Of a stretch of 64,000 nt of DNA, positions 1-8,876 are shown piece by piece. The stretch is from a virus. The notes beneath the pieces are model-generated. The model had not been told where the DNA came from. It was given only the letters and a program-made list of their open reading frames with translations, and made no database searches. How positions within the stretch are numbered: position 1 is the first letter of the stretch; each line of letters opens with the position of its first letter. The position numbers and the translations under genes were made by a program. The DNA is taken from IMG/VR virus record IMGVR_UViG_3300021405_000007, positions 44,107 to 108,106 of that record, one strand, 5' to 3'.

Positions 1-45
1 GAAGTACATAGGGTAGTTAAGCAAGGTATAAAATAAGCTTACGGA

Positions 46-54
46 TGTTATAAT
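46..54 (+). promoter_or_regulatory. extended -10 box TGTTATAAT (putative late promoter)
   Basis: TGnTAwAAT ~30 nt upstream of ORF 83; same motif precedes many structural genes. Confidence 0.55.
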
Positions 55-82
55 TGTTTGGATTCTATATAAGGAGTTTAAG

Positions 83-505
83 ATGATTGAGGGATCGTGG
101 CTAGCAGTAGCTCCTCAGGCATTCACTGCTAATGGCACTCAATATGGTCTGATCACCCTCGCCTCAACTGCAGGGTTTTATACAAGACAGATCGTCACTA
201 TTCAAGCTACTGCTTTACCTGATTTACAAGTTCAGGTTAAACGCGTAAACGCAGACGGCGCTACAATGATTGTGGGTCCTACTGATGGAAACATTGGAAC
301 TTGGAGCAATATTGCCCTTTACACTACAGCTGCAACCTCTACAGTTAGGGCAGCGGAACAACGTAGAGCAGCTTTGGCAATAGATGCTATATCTAGAGCA
401 GTCTTCCAAGAAGATCCGGTTGTTGCTTTAAGGGTGGTTCTAGTGGATGGTTCCGGCAATGTTTTAGGGGTAGAAGGCAACCCGCTTCACACAACTACTA
501 CCTAG
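83..505 (+). CDS. virion structural protein, paralog of the N-terminal domain of 14376..15200
   Basis: AAGGAG RBS; shares PQAFTAxGT...QRR...RAV..E.P.VA.R..LVD..GN...NPL with 14376..15200. Confidence 0.65.
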   Translation: MIEGSWLAVAPQAFTANGTQYGLITLASTAGFYTRQIVTIQATALPDLQVQVKRVNADGATMIVGPTDGNIGTWSNIALYTTAATSTVRAAEQRRAALAIDAISRAVFQEDPVVALRVVLVDGSGNVLGVEGNPLHTTTT

Positions 506-587
506 TCTTTTAAATTAAAGATTTACAAAATAAACTCCGATAAGTATATTGTTCTTATCGGAGTTTATTTTTATAGGAATGGTTTAT

Positions 588-974
588 ATGAAGCTTGGCC
601 AATTAGTAGATAATCCTCTTTTCTTGAAAGCCTTAAAGGATCTTTCATCACAACCCCTCCCCGTTCTTGCAGCCTATAAACTTGTAACTATTATGGAGAT
701 TAGAGACCGAGAAGTCGGAAGATGGCAAAAGGTTCGAAATGCCCTTTTACAAAGTTATGGAAAAAAAGATGAAAAAGGAGAGTTAGTTATATCAGAGGAT
801 GGTACTCAGTATGTTTTGGAAAAAACAACCGCTTTTAATGAAGATTATAATCATTTGATATCTTTACCAGTAGATATACCAAAACTCTCCATTGAGGAGT
901 TAAAAGATGTTAAACTCTCCGCCGAATCTCTTCTGATTTTGCGACCAATACTCGCTTTAGAAACCTCGGATTAG
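588..974 (+). CDS. DUF1617-like phage protein
   Basis: L..L....LP...AYKL...RNALLQSYGKKDEKGEL pattern; start moved from 549 to ATG 588. Confidence 0.5.
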   Translation: MKLGQLVDNPLFLKALKDLSSQPLPVLAAYKLVTIMEIRDREVGRWQKVRNALLQSYGKKDEKGELVISEDGTQYVLEKTTAFNEDYNHLISLPVDIPKLSIEELKDVKLSAESLLILRPILALETSD

Positions 975-994
975 GTTCTCCCCCGCCGAGTTCA

Positions 995-1018
995 ATGGGA
1001 TCCAAACTAGGATCCCAT
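995..1018. other. 9-bp intergenic hairpin ATGGGATCC-6nt-GGATCCCAT
   Basis: perfect inverted repeat after ORF 588..974; no U-tract, so terminator role uncertain. Confidence 0.5.
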
Positions 1019-1045
1019 ACCCCTCCCTCTAGCAGTTTGAATACA

Positions 1046-1054
1046 TGTTAAAAT
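1046..1054 (+). promoter_or_regulatory. extended -10 box TGTTAAAAT
   Basis: identical 9-mer at 36446, 43768 and 53094, each 39-53 nt upstream of a start codon. Confidence 0.55.
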
Positions 1055-1101
1055 TTTGTAAGTTCTATAATAATAGACACTTATAATAATCTTTACTTTC
1101 A

Positions 1102-1461
1102 GTGAGTTATATTTCTATGACCCCAGAATTCATGGATAAAATCAGTGAATTGCAAGCCGCTCAAAGAGAAATGGCACTTCTTCAAAAAATTCATACTGAA
1201 ACTCTTGATAAACAGTTAAAACTTCTTGAAAGTCAAAGAGATATATTAACAACCAATACTGTAATAGTAAAAGATCATGAACGTAGAAGCACGCAATTGG
1301 AAGGACGGATGGGTATTTTAGAAGAAAAGTTATCGCCCATTGAAAAATACTTAGCTGAGTTAGCAGCAGTAAATAAAGTTATGAAGATTCTTGGAACAAC
1401 CTTTACCTTTCTAGCCTCTGCAGCCACAATAATAGAACTAATCAAAATGTTTGCCAAATAA
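1102..1461 (+). CDS. coiled-coil protein with C-terminal TM helix (holin/XhlA-like)
   Basis: heptad-rich N-terminus, hydrophobic C-terminus ILGTTFTFLASAATIIELI. Confidence 0.45.
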   Translation: MSYISMTPEFMDKISELQAAQREMALLQKIHTETLDKQLKLLESQRDILTTNTVIVKDHERRSTQLEGRMGILEEKLSPIEKYLAELAAVNKVMKILGTTFTFLASAATIIELIKMFAK

Positions 1462-1876
1462 GGAATTTTCGATGCTGATAGGTAAACTTTTAAATAGCGA
1501 TGCAACTATCAATAATTATTACGAAATTGGTAGTTTACAATTTGTTTCGGGTGAAGCTTTCACCGTAGTAATGCAGGTTTTTGGAGCTCAAAGCGGTCTT
1601 AGAAAGATGCTAATAGCTCAAGATAACAATCCTTCCCATATAGCTGTTACTTTAACCCTACCCAATTTAGATGGTTCTGATTTATCACTAACAATGACTC
1701 AAATGACCAATGACGCTAGTATATGGTCGGCAGCCGTTAACTCCACTCAATCAGCACTTTTAGCTATGGGTAATGCTCAATTTTCAGTAGTAGATTCAAG
1801 TATGGGAGCGCCCGGACCAGTTATGGGTTTTATTCCTAGTGCTCTAAGTTTAGTTATAACCGGGGATGTTCCTTAA
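1451..1876 (+). CDS. putative virion structural protein
   Basis: beta-rich composition, located in the structural operon. Confidence 0.45.
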   Translation: MPNKEFSMLIGKLLNSDATINNYYEIGSLQFVSGEAFTVVMQVFGAQSGLRKMLIAQDNNPSHIAVTLTLPNLDGSDLSLTMTQMTNDASIWSAAVNSTQSALLAMGNAQFSVVDSSMGAPGPVMGFIPSALSLVITGDVP

Positions 1877-1879
1877 ATA

Positions 1880-1908
1880 TGAGCCGATTAAACTACTGAA
1901 TCGGCTCA
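1880..1908. other. 10-bp intergenic hairpin TGAGCCGATT-9nt-AATCGGCTCA
   Basis: perfect inverted repeat between ORFs 1451..1876 and 1940..2776. Confidence 0.5.
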
Positions 1909-1939
1909 CACTTTGACCTAATTAGGAAAAAAAACAATA

Positions 1940-2776
1940 ATGACAAGAACTTATGGTAAGTCTAACAGGGGCGAGTCCCAATTGCAACCATTGATGACCG
2001 TTGCACGTCTAAAAGCGGAATACCTCTTCGGCGCTGTAGACGTGACTGATTCTAATGGTAATACTATTTCTGATTCTGCTCTCCAATCCTATATTGATTC
2101 AGCTATAAACATGCTTGAATTAGACTTAGATATGGCTTTTACTCCTCGTCAAGAATTAGAAGAGAGAGACTTCTTTGGTAATGACTATTTTAACTGGGGG
2201 TATAACCAGCTTAATCGATACCCTGTAATTTCTATTCAAGACGTATTCTTTGCTTTTTTAAGAAACGATGATGGTACGTACGATGAAACTATTGACATCC
2301 CACAAGCTTGGTGGCGTTTGAAGAAAGAAACCGGACTCTTTCGAATGATACCAAATAACAAATTCCCAGCTAACCTTCAAATTGATCAAACGGGCACCTT
2401 TTTCCCTGAATTATTTCGTAGGGAAGGTCACGTCCCTCAATTATTTGTTATATCTTATACTTGGGGATTACAAGAAGGTCAGATACCACCATTAATAAAT
2501 CATGCCATAGGCATGTTAGCGGCAATATTCGCTTTATCACCTCTTGGTAACTTAATTTTAGGCCCTGGCATAGCTAGTTCTAGTTTAGGTATTGACGGAC
2601 TCTCCCAATCGTTGTCTACTACCAATAGCGGTGCAGATGGGGGCGCCTTTGCAAGCCAAGTTAGAGACTACAAAAATCAACTTTGGGGTCAACGAGGCGA
2701 TGCTACTGATAACACCAGTATCGTTCATATTTTAAGAAACTACTACAAGGGTGCCCCACTAATGTCCATGATATAA
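1940..2776 (+). CDS. head-tail adaptor / neck protein
   Basis: L..YIDSAI..LE.DL, YPVISI, ISYTWG...IP.LI..AIG, S.GIDGLSQS motifs typical of myovirus adaptors. Confidence 0.65.
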   Translation: MTRTYGKSNRGESQLQPLMTVARLKAEYLFGAVDVTDSNGNTISDSALQSYIDSAINMLELDLDMAFTPRQELEERDFFGNDYFNWGYNQLNRYPVISIQDVFFAFLRNDDGTYDETIDIPQAWWRLKKETGLFRMIPNNKFPANLQIDQTGTFFPELFRREGHVPQLFVISYTWGLQEGQIPPLINHAIGMLAAIFALSPLGNLILGPGIASSSLGIDGLSQSLSTTNSGADGGAFASQVRDYKNQLWGQRGDATDNTSIVHILRNYYKGAPLMSMI

Positions 2777-2785
2777 GGGGAAGCA

Positions 2786-3064
2786 ATGAAAGAAGAAACT
2801 CCTCAAGATAAGATCGTGGGATATACTAAATCAAAAAAGCCTATCTATGACGTGGATGCGCATCACCCGGATCCTGAATGGAAGCATCTTTACTCCGACT
2901 TCACTAGAAATGATCACGCTGATGCGGCGATTGTTTTGCTGGCTCAAGGACACAACCCTGAAACAGAGTTAAACAAGAAAAAAGCTTATGGTTTCGCGGC
3001 CTCATGCCATGAAAGACATGTAGTGAATTGTGATTGGATCGAAGCGCATCCTAAAGGTAGGTAA
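2786..3064 (+). CDS. small protein with one IxGxTKSxKPIY + His-rich module
   Basis: KIVGYTKSKKPIY...DFTRNDHADAA matches the repeats in 3126..5837. Confidence 0.6.
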   Translation: MKEETPQDKIVGYTKSKKPIYDVDAHHPDPEWKHLYSDFTRNDHADAAIVLLAQGHNPETELNKKKAYGFAASCHERHVVNCDWIEAHPKGR

Positions 3065-3125
3065 GGTATAATTTTCACGTAACAAGTTTGTTTATATTGA
3101 TAAATTTTTTAGATTAGGCTTATAA

Positions 3126-5837
3126 ATGTCAAAACCTTTTGATATTAATGAAGAAATTGATCAACTATCTGAAAAAATGGTTAAAGCTCAAAAAATCACC
3201 TTTTTTGAGTTAGCTTCTGAATTAGGCCTGGAAGGTCTAAAAAAAGCAAGCTCTAAAATGTCAGAAGCACAACTCACTGCTTTTAAAGAAGAATTACAAA
3301 AACATATACCAAAAAGTGTAACTAAATCTGATTCTACTCCTGATGGTATGAGTGAAGAAATGGCTGGAGTTTCAATGGCTCCTAGAGATGAAAATGAAAC
3401 TGAACAAAAAAAAGAAGAACGAGAAAAAGCCGCTAAAAGAGTCGAAGATGCCGAAGGTTTGAATAAAGATGAAAATGCTTTAGGAGAAATGCTAATGGCC
3501 TCTGAAAAAGCTCCAATGAAAAAGTCTGAAGGTGCTAGAGGGGGACATGTGATAGGTCATACCAAGAGTGGTAAGCCTATATATGCTTCTGGTGATGGCC
3601 AATCTTATTGGAAAACATTTAACTCAGATGAGCATTTGACAGCTGCTGCAATCCATGCTAAAGAAGCAGATAAATATAAAAAAAATGTTAATGAAATACG
3701 TGCAAAGTATAAAGAAAATGAAGCACCAATGAGTGATCAGGATCAACGTTTGCATAGTTATAATTGGAATAAATGGGATCACCATCACCATGAAGCTCAA
3801 CAACATCAAGAAATAGGTCGGGTTTTAAGGGACAGAGAGGAGCGTAAGAAAAAAACTCTAGAAAAATCTAAAGGTGCTAGAGGAGGCCACGTAATAGGGT
3901 ACACCCAATCAGGCAAACCAATCTATGAAGCAGCTAATCACTCCAGCCATAAAGATTTTTCCAAAAAAGATCATGCTGATGCACTTCAAGCCCACAAAGA
4001 ATTAACTCCTACAGCCGGTAATCTTAAAGCTTTGATGGAAGCGAAATACCATGCTGAGCAACAAAAAACTCATTTAAATGCTATGGAAAACAATAAAATG
4101 AAAAAAAGTGTAGTAGAAAAATCAATTATAAACAATACCATGAGTCTTGAGCCTTTTATCGAAACTGATAGAGGCGGTAAATTTGAAATGAATATGGACG
4201 ATATGAACCGTCAAGCATTGCTTGATGAACTTATTGCTATGGATGCAATGGCTTCAGAAGAGATGAGAGACGTACTGCACCAAGGCGGCCCCGAAATGTC
4301 AGAATCTTGGACTGGACAAACAATAGACGATCCACAACCCCATATGGACTATGAGTTGGGTGCGGAAGATCTTAAAACTCCAAAATCTGAAAACAAAAAT
4401 GATCAAATTGCTGATAAGATTATAGAATTAAACAAATTAGGCGAAATGTCTCACGAGGAAAGAATGGAAATGCGCGAAAAAATAATGATGATTCTTGAGG
4501 CTTTAATGGAGCGTCAACTAGAAAAAGCTGTTATTTCTAAAGCTCTTGACACTTTATCTGTGAAATTGAATCTACCAAATGGTAAATTGCATACTCTTTA
4601 CGACAAAGTAGTTGAATTGAAAAAGTCTGAAGGCGCCAGAGGTGGGAAAATTATAGGCCATACTAAATCGGGTAAACCTATTTACGAACATGCCGAACAT
4701 AAAGGGCATGAAGGCTTTCATTATGAAGATCATTTCGATGCTATGAAAGTTCATCATAAATTGGCGCATTCCCATGAAGATAAAGCTAAAGGCATGATTG
4801 CCGCTGATGGAATGAAAGACTTTAAAGAGCTGAAAGGTCACGCTGAAGGCATAAAACACCACCTCAATGAGGCTTCCAAACATGAAAAAATGTTCCGTAA
4901 AATGACGCCAGGCATTAAAAAAGCCCTAGATCCTTTTTATGATAACATCGAAACTAACGAAGATTTCTATAAATCTGATGCTTTAAATCCTTTCGAATAT
5001 AGAAAGATTGGACAAAACTACCATGCAGATGTCGACGCTTATATTGAAGCAGAAGAAAAAGCAACAAAAGAAAATCTAGATAAATCAACTTTCTTTTACC
5101 CAGACCAAAAAGCTTTGACCAAGTCATCAGGCATCCAAGAGTTGATCGAAAAGGGCGCTCACATGGACGAGCTGGAGCTTGAAACTGCTTTAATTAATAA
5201 AGGTATTTCTGCTACCTATCGTGGAGTTAACATAGTAAAATCATTCACAGACTCTTCTATGGAAGACCTTTTTGTACAACGAGATACTTGGGGTCAACCA
5301 ATTAAAAAGTCATACGATGATATTCATCGCGAAGGTAGCGGTTCTGCAGAAGACCATGATGACGTAATGCATCAAGATGCCGGCGAAGCAATGGAAGAAT
5401 CCGGAGAGCCGATCCGTAAAGATGAGTCAGAAGAGTCTGATGAAGAAAAGAAAAAAAGAGAAGAAGCTAAAGAAAAACTCATGGAGATGGAAGAACGCGA
5501 ACATGCAACCAAAGATCCAGAAGAGTTGATTGAAGCTGAAAAAGAAGAGCATATGGAAAAAGCTGAAGATGACCACAAAGAAAGCGACAATTGTGAAGAT
5601 GTTGACTTGGAAAAATGTGGTGGCTATGATATGCTTTCTAAAGAGTTAGATGATATGAAAGAAGATGCTAAAGATGAAGAGATTGAAAAAGCCTATATCG
5701 GCTTTAAAAAACTTGAAAGCAAAATAGCTCATCGTGGTGGAGTTAAAAACCCAGCTGCAGTCGCCGCTTCGATAGGTAGAAAAAAGTATGGAAAACAAGG
5801 ATTTGCAAAATTAAGTGCTGCAGGACGTCGTAAGTAG
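3126..5837 (+). CDS. 903-aa charged head-associated protein, probable protease-processed polyprotein/internal protein
   Basis: three KSxGARGGxxIGxTxSGKPIY modules, ~20 hydrophobic-x-K-[SAG] sites, acidic stretch, basic C-terminal peptide; sits among neck genes. Confidence 0.6.
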   Translation: MSKPFDINEEIDQLSEKMVKAQKITFFELASELGLEGLKKASSKMSEAQLTAFKEELQKHIPKSVTKSDSTPDGMSEEMAGVSMAPRDENETEQKKEEREKAAKRVEDAEGLNKDENALGEMLMASEKAPMKKSEGARGGHVIGHTKSGKPIYASGDGQSYWKTFNSDEHLTAAAIHAKEADKYKKNVNEIRAKYKENEAPMSDQDQRLHSYNWNKWDHHHHEAQQHQEIGRVLRDREERKKKTLEKSKGARGGHVIGYTQSGKPIYEAANHSSHKDFSKKDHADALQAHKELTPTAGNLKALMEAKYHAEQQKTHLNAMENNKMKKSVVEKSIINNTMSLEPFIETDRGGKFEMNMDDMNRQALLDELIAMDAMASEEMRDVLHQGGPEMSESWTGQTIDDPQPHMDYELGAEDLKTPKSENKNDQIADKIIELNKLGEMSHEERMEMREKIMMILEALMERQLEKAVISKALDTLSVKLNLPNGKLHTLYDKVVELKKSEGARGGKIIGHTKSGKPIYEHAEHKGHEGFHYEDHFDAMKVHHKLAHSHEDKAKGMIAADGMKDFKELKGHAEGIKHHLNEASKHEKMFRKMTPGIKKALDPFYDNIETNEDFYKSDALNPFEYRKIGQNYHADVDAYIEAEEKATKENLDKSTFFYPDQKALTKSSGIQELIEKGAHMDELELETALINKGISATYRGVNIVKSFTDSSMEDLFVQRDTWGQPIKKSYDDIHREGSGSAEDHDDVMHQDAGEAMEESGEPIRKDESEESDEEKKKREEAKEKLMEMEEREHATKDPEELIEAEKEEHMEKAEDDHKESDNCEDVDLEKCGGYDMLSKELDDMKEDAKDEEIEKAYIGFKKLESKIAHRGGVKNPAAVAASIGRKKYGKQGFAKLSAAGRRK

Positions 5838-5853
5838 TAAATGGAGTTTGGAT

Positions 5854-6240
5854 GTGGATAGCAACAATAAATCTATTGATTTTTGGGTTCAATTTGGAAT
5901 TGATGTTCCTTTGGATGAAATTTTCCAAAAAGCGACGCTCACGACGCCCAAAGCTCCACGCCTCCCTCACCCCGGGGAAGGCGCAAAAGCCAAACAACCA
6001 GAAAGCTATAAACCACCTAAAGGTACTATAACTAAACCTGAATCTTTGCAACCACACTATTCTGATAAGCCTAATATGAGTAAATTCAAAAAGATTTTGA
6101 GTCACCCAGAATTAGGTCCAAAACTTCAAGGACGTATTGGATATCATCCTAAAACCGATACTATTCACGTATTGCATCCCTCAGCACATAAAATAATCAG
6201 TGAGCATGTTTCACAACAGAAAGAGATGGCTCATGGTTAG
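5854..6240 (+). CDS. hypothetical Pro/Lys-rich protein with FQKA site
   Basis: track ORF 5815..6240; GGAG RBS favours GTG at 5854. Confidence 0.5.
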   Translation: MDSNNKSIDFWVQFGIDVPLDEIFQKATLTTPKAPRLPHPGEGAKAKQPESYKPPKGTITKPESLQPHYSDKPNMSKFKKILSHPELGPKLQGRIGYHPKTDTIHVLHPSAHKIISEHVSQQKEMAHG

Positions 6241-6272
6241 TTCTTTTTCCACTAGAGTTTCGGAAAAATATT

Positions 6273-7079
6273 ATGACGTCCATTAAAAAGGGTTGGAATG
6301 TAGAAGTAGCTAAACCTACAAAACGTCAATCCACTCTCCCTAAAGTAAATTTAAAAAAAGAACAATTTGACCAACTTATACTTGACCAAGGTGTAAATGT
6401 AAGAGTCTTTAGAACAGTTCCATGCCCTAATGTTAAGTCTATTGAAGCTGGGGAGCATGAGATTGATTGTCCACTTTGCCGTGGTTCTCAATTCGTGGAT
6501 CGATACCCATTAGAAACTAGAGTTGTGATTCAATCCGTACAAACAGAAGTAGCTCACTTAGTTGAAGGTCTTTACGACGGTAATACGGTCACTATTACCC
6601 TCCCAAGCGGTGTAGAATGCCAATATTACACCATGATTGAATTAGTTAACTATACCGAAATTTATATTGAACGTGTGTCCCGGCAATTAGGACAAGTAGA
6701 TGTTCTAAAATTCCCAGCTACTAGGGTCAATTTGTTAATTGATCAACACGGCAAGGAATACCTTGAAGGTGCAGACTTTAGCGTAGATCTTAACAGCAAT
6801 ATAAAATGGGGAACTAATAGAGGCCCGGTAGAAGGCACTATTTACTCAATTCATTATGAAACCAAAGTACGGTACCGTACTGTACGGGCACTGCACACCA
6901 ATCGTTATGGCAATATAACCGAAAACGGTGTGGATGATATGACTAAGATGGCGGAATCATGGTTAGGCTTCAAAATTTTCTTAGTTGACAGAAAAGATCA
7001 ACTGGGCAATCTAGTTAGGAGTAATAAACTCCCACTTCATGAGATTTCTGATGATTCCGATTATTACACTACAACTTAA
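6273..7079 (+). CDS. head closure / neck protein with Cys motifs
   Basis: FDQLILDQG..V...PCP...DCPLCRG motif as in large-myovirus neck proteins; position between adaptor and tail completion genes. Confidence 0.6.
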   Translation: MTSIKKGWNVEVAKPTKRQSTLPKVNLKKEQFDQLILDQGVNVRVFRTVPCPNVKSIEAGEHEIDCPLCRGSQFVDRYPLETRVVIQSVQTEVAHLVEGLYDGNTVTITLPSGVECQYYTMIELVNYTEIYIERVSRQLGQVDVLKFPATRVNLLIDQHGKEYLEGADFSVDLNSNIKWGTNRGPVEGTIYSIHYETKVRYRTVRALHTNRYGNITENGVDDMTKMAESWLGFKIFLVDRKDQLGNLVRSNKLPLHEISDDSDYYTTT

Positions 7080-7249
7080 ATAGTGGATTCTAAGTCTTCT
7101 ACTTCTAATATTTCAAAAGATCCGACTGCATAACCCTCGATTACTAGGTGCCTAGCCTCTTTATCTACTTCTCTTCTTGTTGAGAAGATTCCTGAGTGGA
7201 TCGCATCTTCCATGGATTCATCCTTGAATTTAATTACGTATTTTTTCAT
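7076..7249 (-). CDS. 57-aa hypothetical protein (not in ORF track)
   Basis: AAGGAG RBS, MKKYVIKFKDESMEDAIHSG...LESTI*. Confidence 0.6.
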   Translation of the reverse strand: MKKYVIKFKDESMEDAIHSGIFSTRREVDKEARHLVIEGYAVGSFEILEVEDLESTI

Positions 7250-7313
7250 AGTTTTTTACTCCTTTAATTTTTTAGAAGTCAAAGCCGTCATTATCTAGCT
7301 CTTCGTCATCTTC

Positions 7314-7481
7314 CTAATAATTTTCAGTTTCTAGAAAGTCTTCATCATCAAAGTCTTCTTCTAATAGATCATCTGATTCTTTATCTTCGTGAAATCCACC
7401 ATCTTCGTATTCTTTTTCTAAGTTTCCAAAGGCTAACTCATTCATTTCTTTACTTAATTTTATCATTTCTTCTATTCTCAT
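7314..7481 (-). CDS. 55-aa very acidic protein (not in ORF track); acidic frame continues past TAG to TAA at 7272
   Basis: AAGGAG RBS; 22 D/E versus 5 K/R; first gene after sigma-28-type promoter. Confidence 0.6.
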   Translation of the reverse strand: MRIEEMIKLSKEMNELAFGNLEKEYEDGGFHEDKESDDLLEEDFDDEDFLETENY

Positions 7482-7518
7482 GATCGTTACTCCTTTATGG
7501 TTACTTTTTACAATACAC

Positions 7519-7545
7519 TCTTCGGTAGATTTTTAAAAAACTTTA
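7519..7545 (-). promoter_or_regulatory. sigma-28/FliA-type promoter TAAAGTTT-N11-ACCGAAGA
   Basis: matches FliA consensus TAAAGTTT-N11-GCCGATAA in spacing and core; upstream of ORF 7481. Confidence 0.7.
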
Positions 7546-7626
7546 GAAAAAAGTTGCATCTTTTGACAATAATCAGTAAACTATAATTAACTCATTGAGG
7601 GTAGTATAGCTAACTCTTCAAGATTC

Positions 7627-7645
7627 TTACCAAATTTGGTAAAAT
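7627..7645 (+). promoter_or_regulatory. 16-bp palindrome TTACCAAATTTGGTAA overlapping extended -10 TGGTAAAAT of the sigma gene
   Basis: perfect palindrome 7627-7642; TGGTAAAAT 7637-7645, 35 nt before ATG 7680. Confidence 0.5.
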
Positions 7646-7679
7646 AATTAAAAAATTTTTATTAAATTTGGATTCAATC

Positions 7680-8870
7680 ATGCAAGATGACTTAGATATC
7701 GTCAACGAGAATGATATTCTTGTTATAGAGACGATAGTTTACAATGACAACTCTTCTTACGCTGAAGACAATTCTTCACCTTCCCTTAAAACCTATATAA
7801 GACAACTATCTAAATTTCCACTTCTTACCCGAGAACAAGAACTTTCGCTCACGAGAAACCTCAAAAAGAACCGTGAGATCCTTTATTCAGCCTTTATGAA
7901 AACCCCAGAATGTCGTCTAGAACTTATGCAAATGCTCAACGCTAAGGTAGGTAGAGCTCGTAGAATGTTTGATCATATAGCAGAAGCTACCGATGACGAT
8001 GAGAAGGTTCTGAATCTTCAAGAAGAGCTAGCCAATGCCATAAAAGATAATAACTTCTCCAAGAAAAATCACAAGAATTTTCAGAACTTAGTTATCCCTT
8101 TTAATGATTTTTATAGACTAGTTAATATTCTAAAAGCAAAAGAACTCACTCCTGAAGTCTCTAAAGCCCTCAATGAATACAACCAAATGAAGAAAAGGTT
8201 GTCAGAGTGTAATCTTCGTTTAGTCTTCGCTAGGGCTAAGAGATTTATGAATAGAGGCATGTCTTTAGAGGATCTTATCCAAGAGGGTAACGTGGGATTA
8301 CTTAAGGCAATTGAGAAGTATAATCCAGAAAAAGGAAACAAATTCAGCACTTATGCTACTTGGTGGATTGATCAAGCTTTTGGCCGCGCTTTAGTGGACA
8401 AAAGTAAACTTGTACGTATCCCTGTACATATGGTTGATTCCATCAATAAAGTCAATAAAGCTTTTCAGACTCTTTCTGAGACTCTGACACATGAACCTAG
8501 CAATGAAGAAATAGCAAAACTTACGGGACTAACTCTAGAGAAAGTTCGAAAAGTCAGAAACTCCATTATTCTAAAAGCTAAGTACCTTCAAGAATTTCAA
8601 AATGATAAAGCTCTTCCTAAAATTATGGATTTTCCCGACGAGTCTAAAAATCCCGAAGAGCAACTCGAAGAGAAAGAATTAAGTGTTAAAGTACGGGAAT
8701 TTTTAGCAACTCTTTCGCCGCAAGAAGAAAAGATTTTAAGACTCAGGTTCGGAATTGGTGAAGCGAGAAGCTATGAAGTACAAGAAATAGCGAACACTGT
8801 AAAATTAACACGTCAAAGAGTTTCTCAAATTCTCAATAAGACTAAGAAATTATGGGAATTTAAGGTATAA
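7680..8870 (+). CDS. rpoD: RNA polymerase sigma-70 factor, RpoD/RpoS-like (regions 1.2, 2, 3, 4)
   Basis: LKTYIRQLSKFPLLTREQE (1.2), NLRLV..AKRF.NRG...DLIQEGNVGLLKAIEKY...KFSTYATWWI (2), RIPVHM (3.0), L..LSPQEEKILRLRFGIG...TRQRVSQI (4); track start is TTG 7668. Confidence 0.93.
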   Translation: MQDDLDIVNENDILVIETIVYNDNSSYAEDNSSPSLKTYIRQLSKFPLLTREQELSLTRNLKKNREILYSAFMKTPECRLELMQMLNAKVGRARRMFDHIAEATDDDEKVLNLQEELANAIKDNNFSKKNHKNFQNLVIPFNDFYRLVNILKAKELTPEVSKALNEYNQMKKRLSECNLRLVFARAKRFMNRGMSLEDLIQEGNVGLLKAIEKYNPEKGNKFSTYATWWIDQAFGRALVDKSKLVRIPVHMVDSINKVNKAFQTLSETLTHEPSNEEIAKLTGLTLEKVRKVRNSIILKAKYLQEFQNDKALPKIMDFPDESKNPEEQLEEKELSVKVREFLATLSPQEEKILRLRFGIGEARSYEVQEIANTVKLTRQRVSQILNKTKKLWEFKV

Positions 8871-8876
8871 TTTAGA

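Noticed and set aside
1880-1908. GCCGAT boxes on both strands as sigma-28 promoters
   Set aside because: They are the arms of a hairpin and have no TAAA at the required distance.
7272-7316. Genome-wide TAG recoding suggested by the in-frame TAG in the acidic ORF
   Set aside because: Long genes are intact under the standard code, and TAG cleanly ends several genes (505, 974, 6240, 10919, 20112, 30768, 43767).
7563-7587. Perfect TTGACA and TATAAT upstream of the sigma gene
   Set aside because: The spacer is only 13 nt, too short for a canonical sigma-70 promoter.
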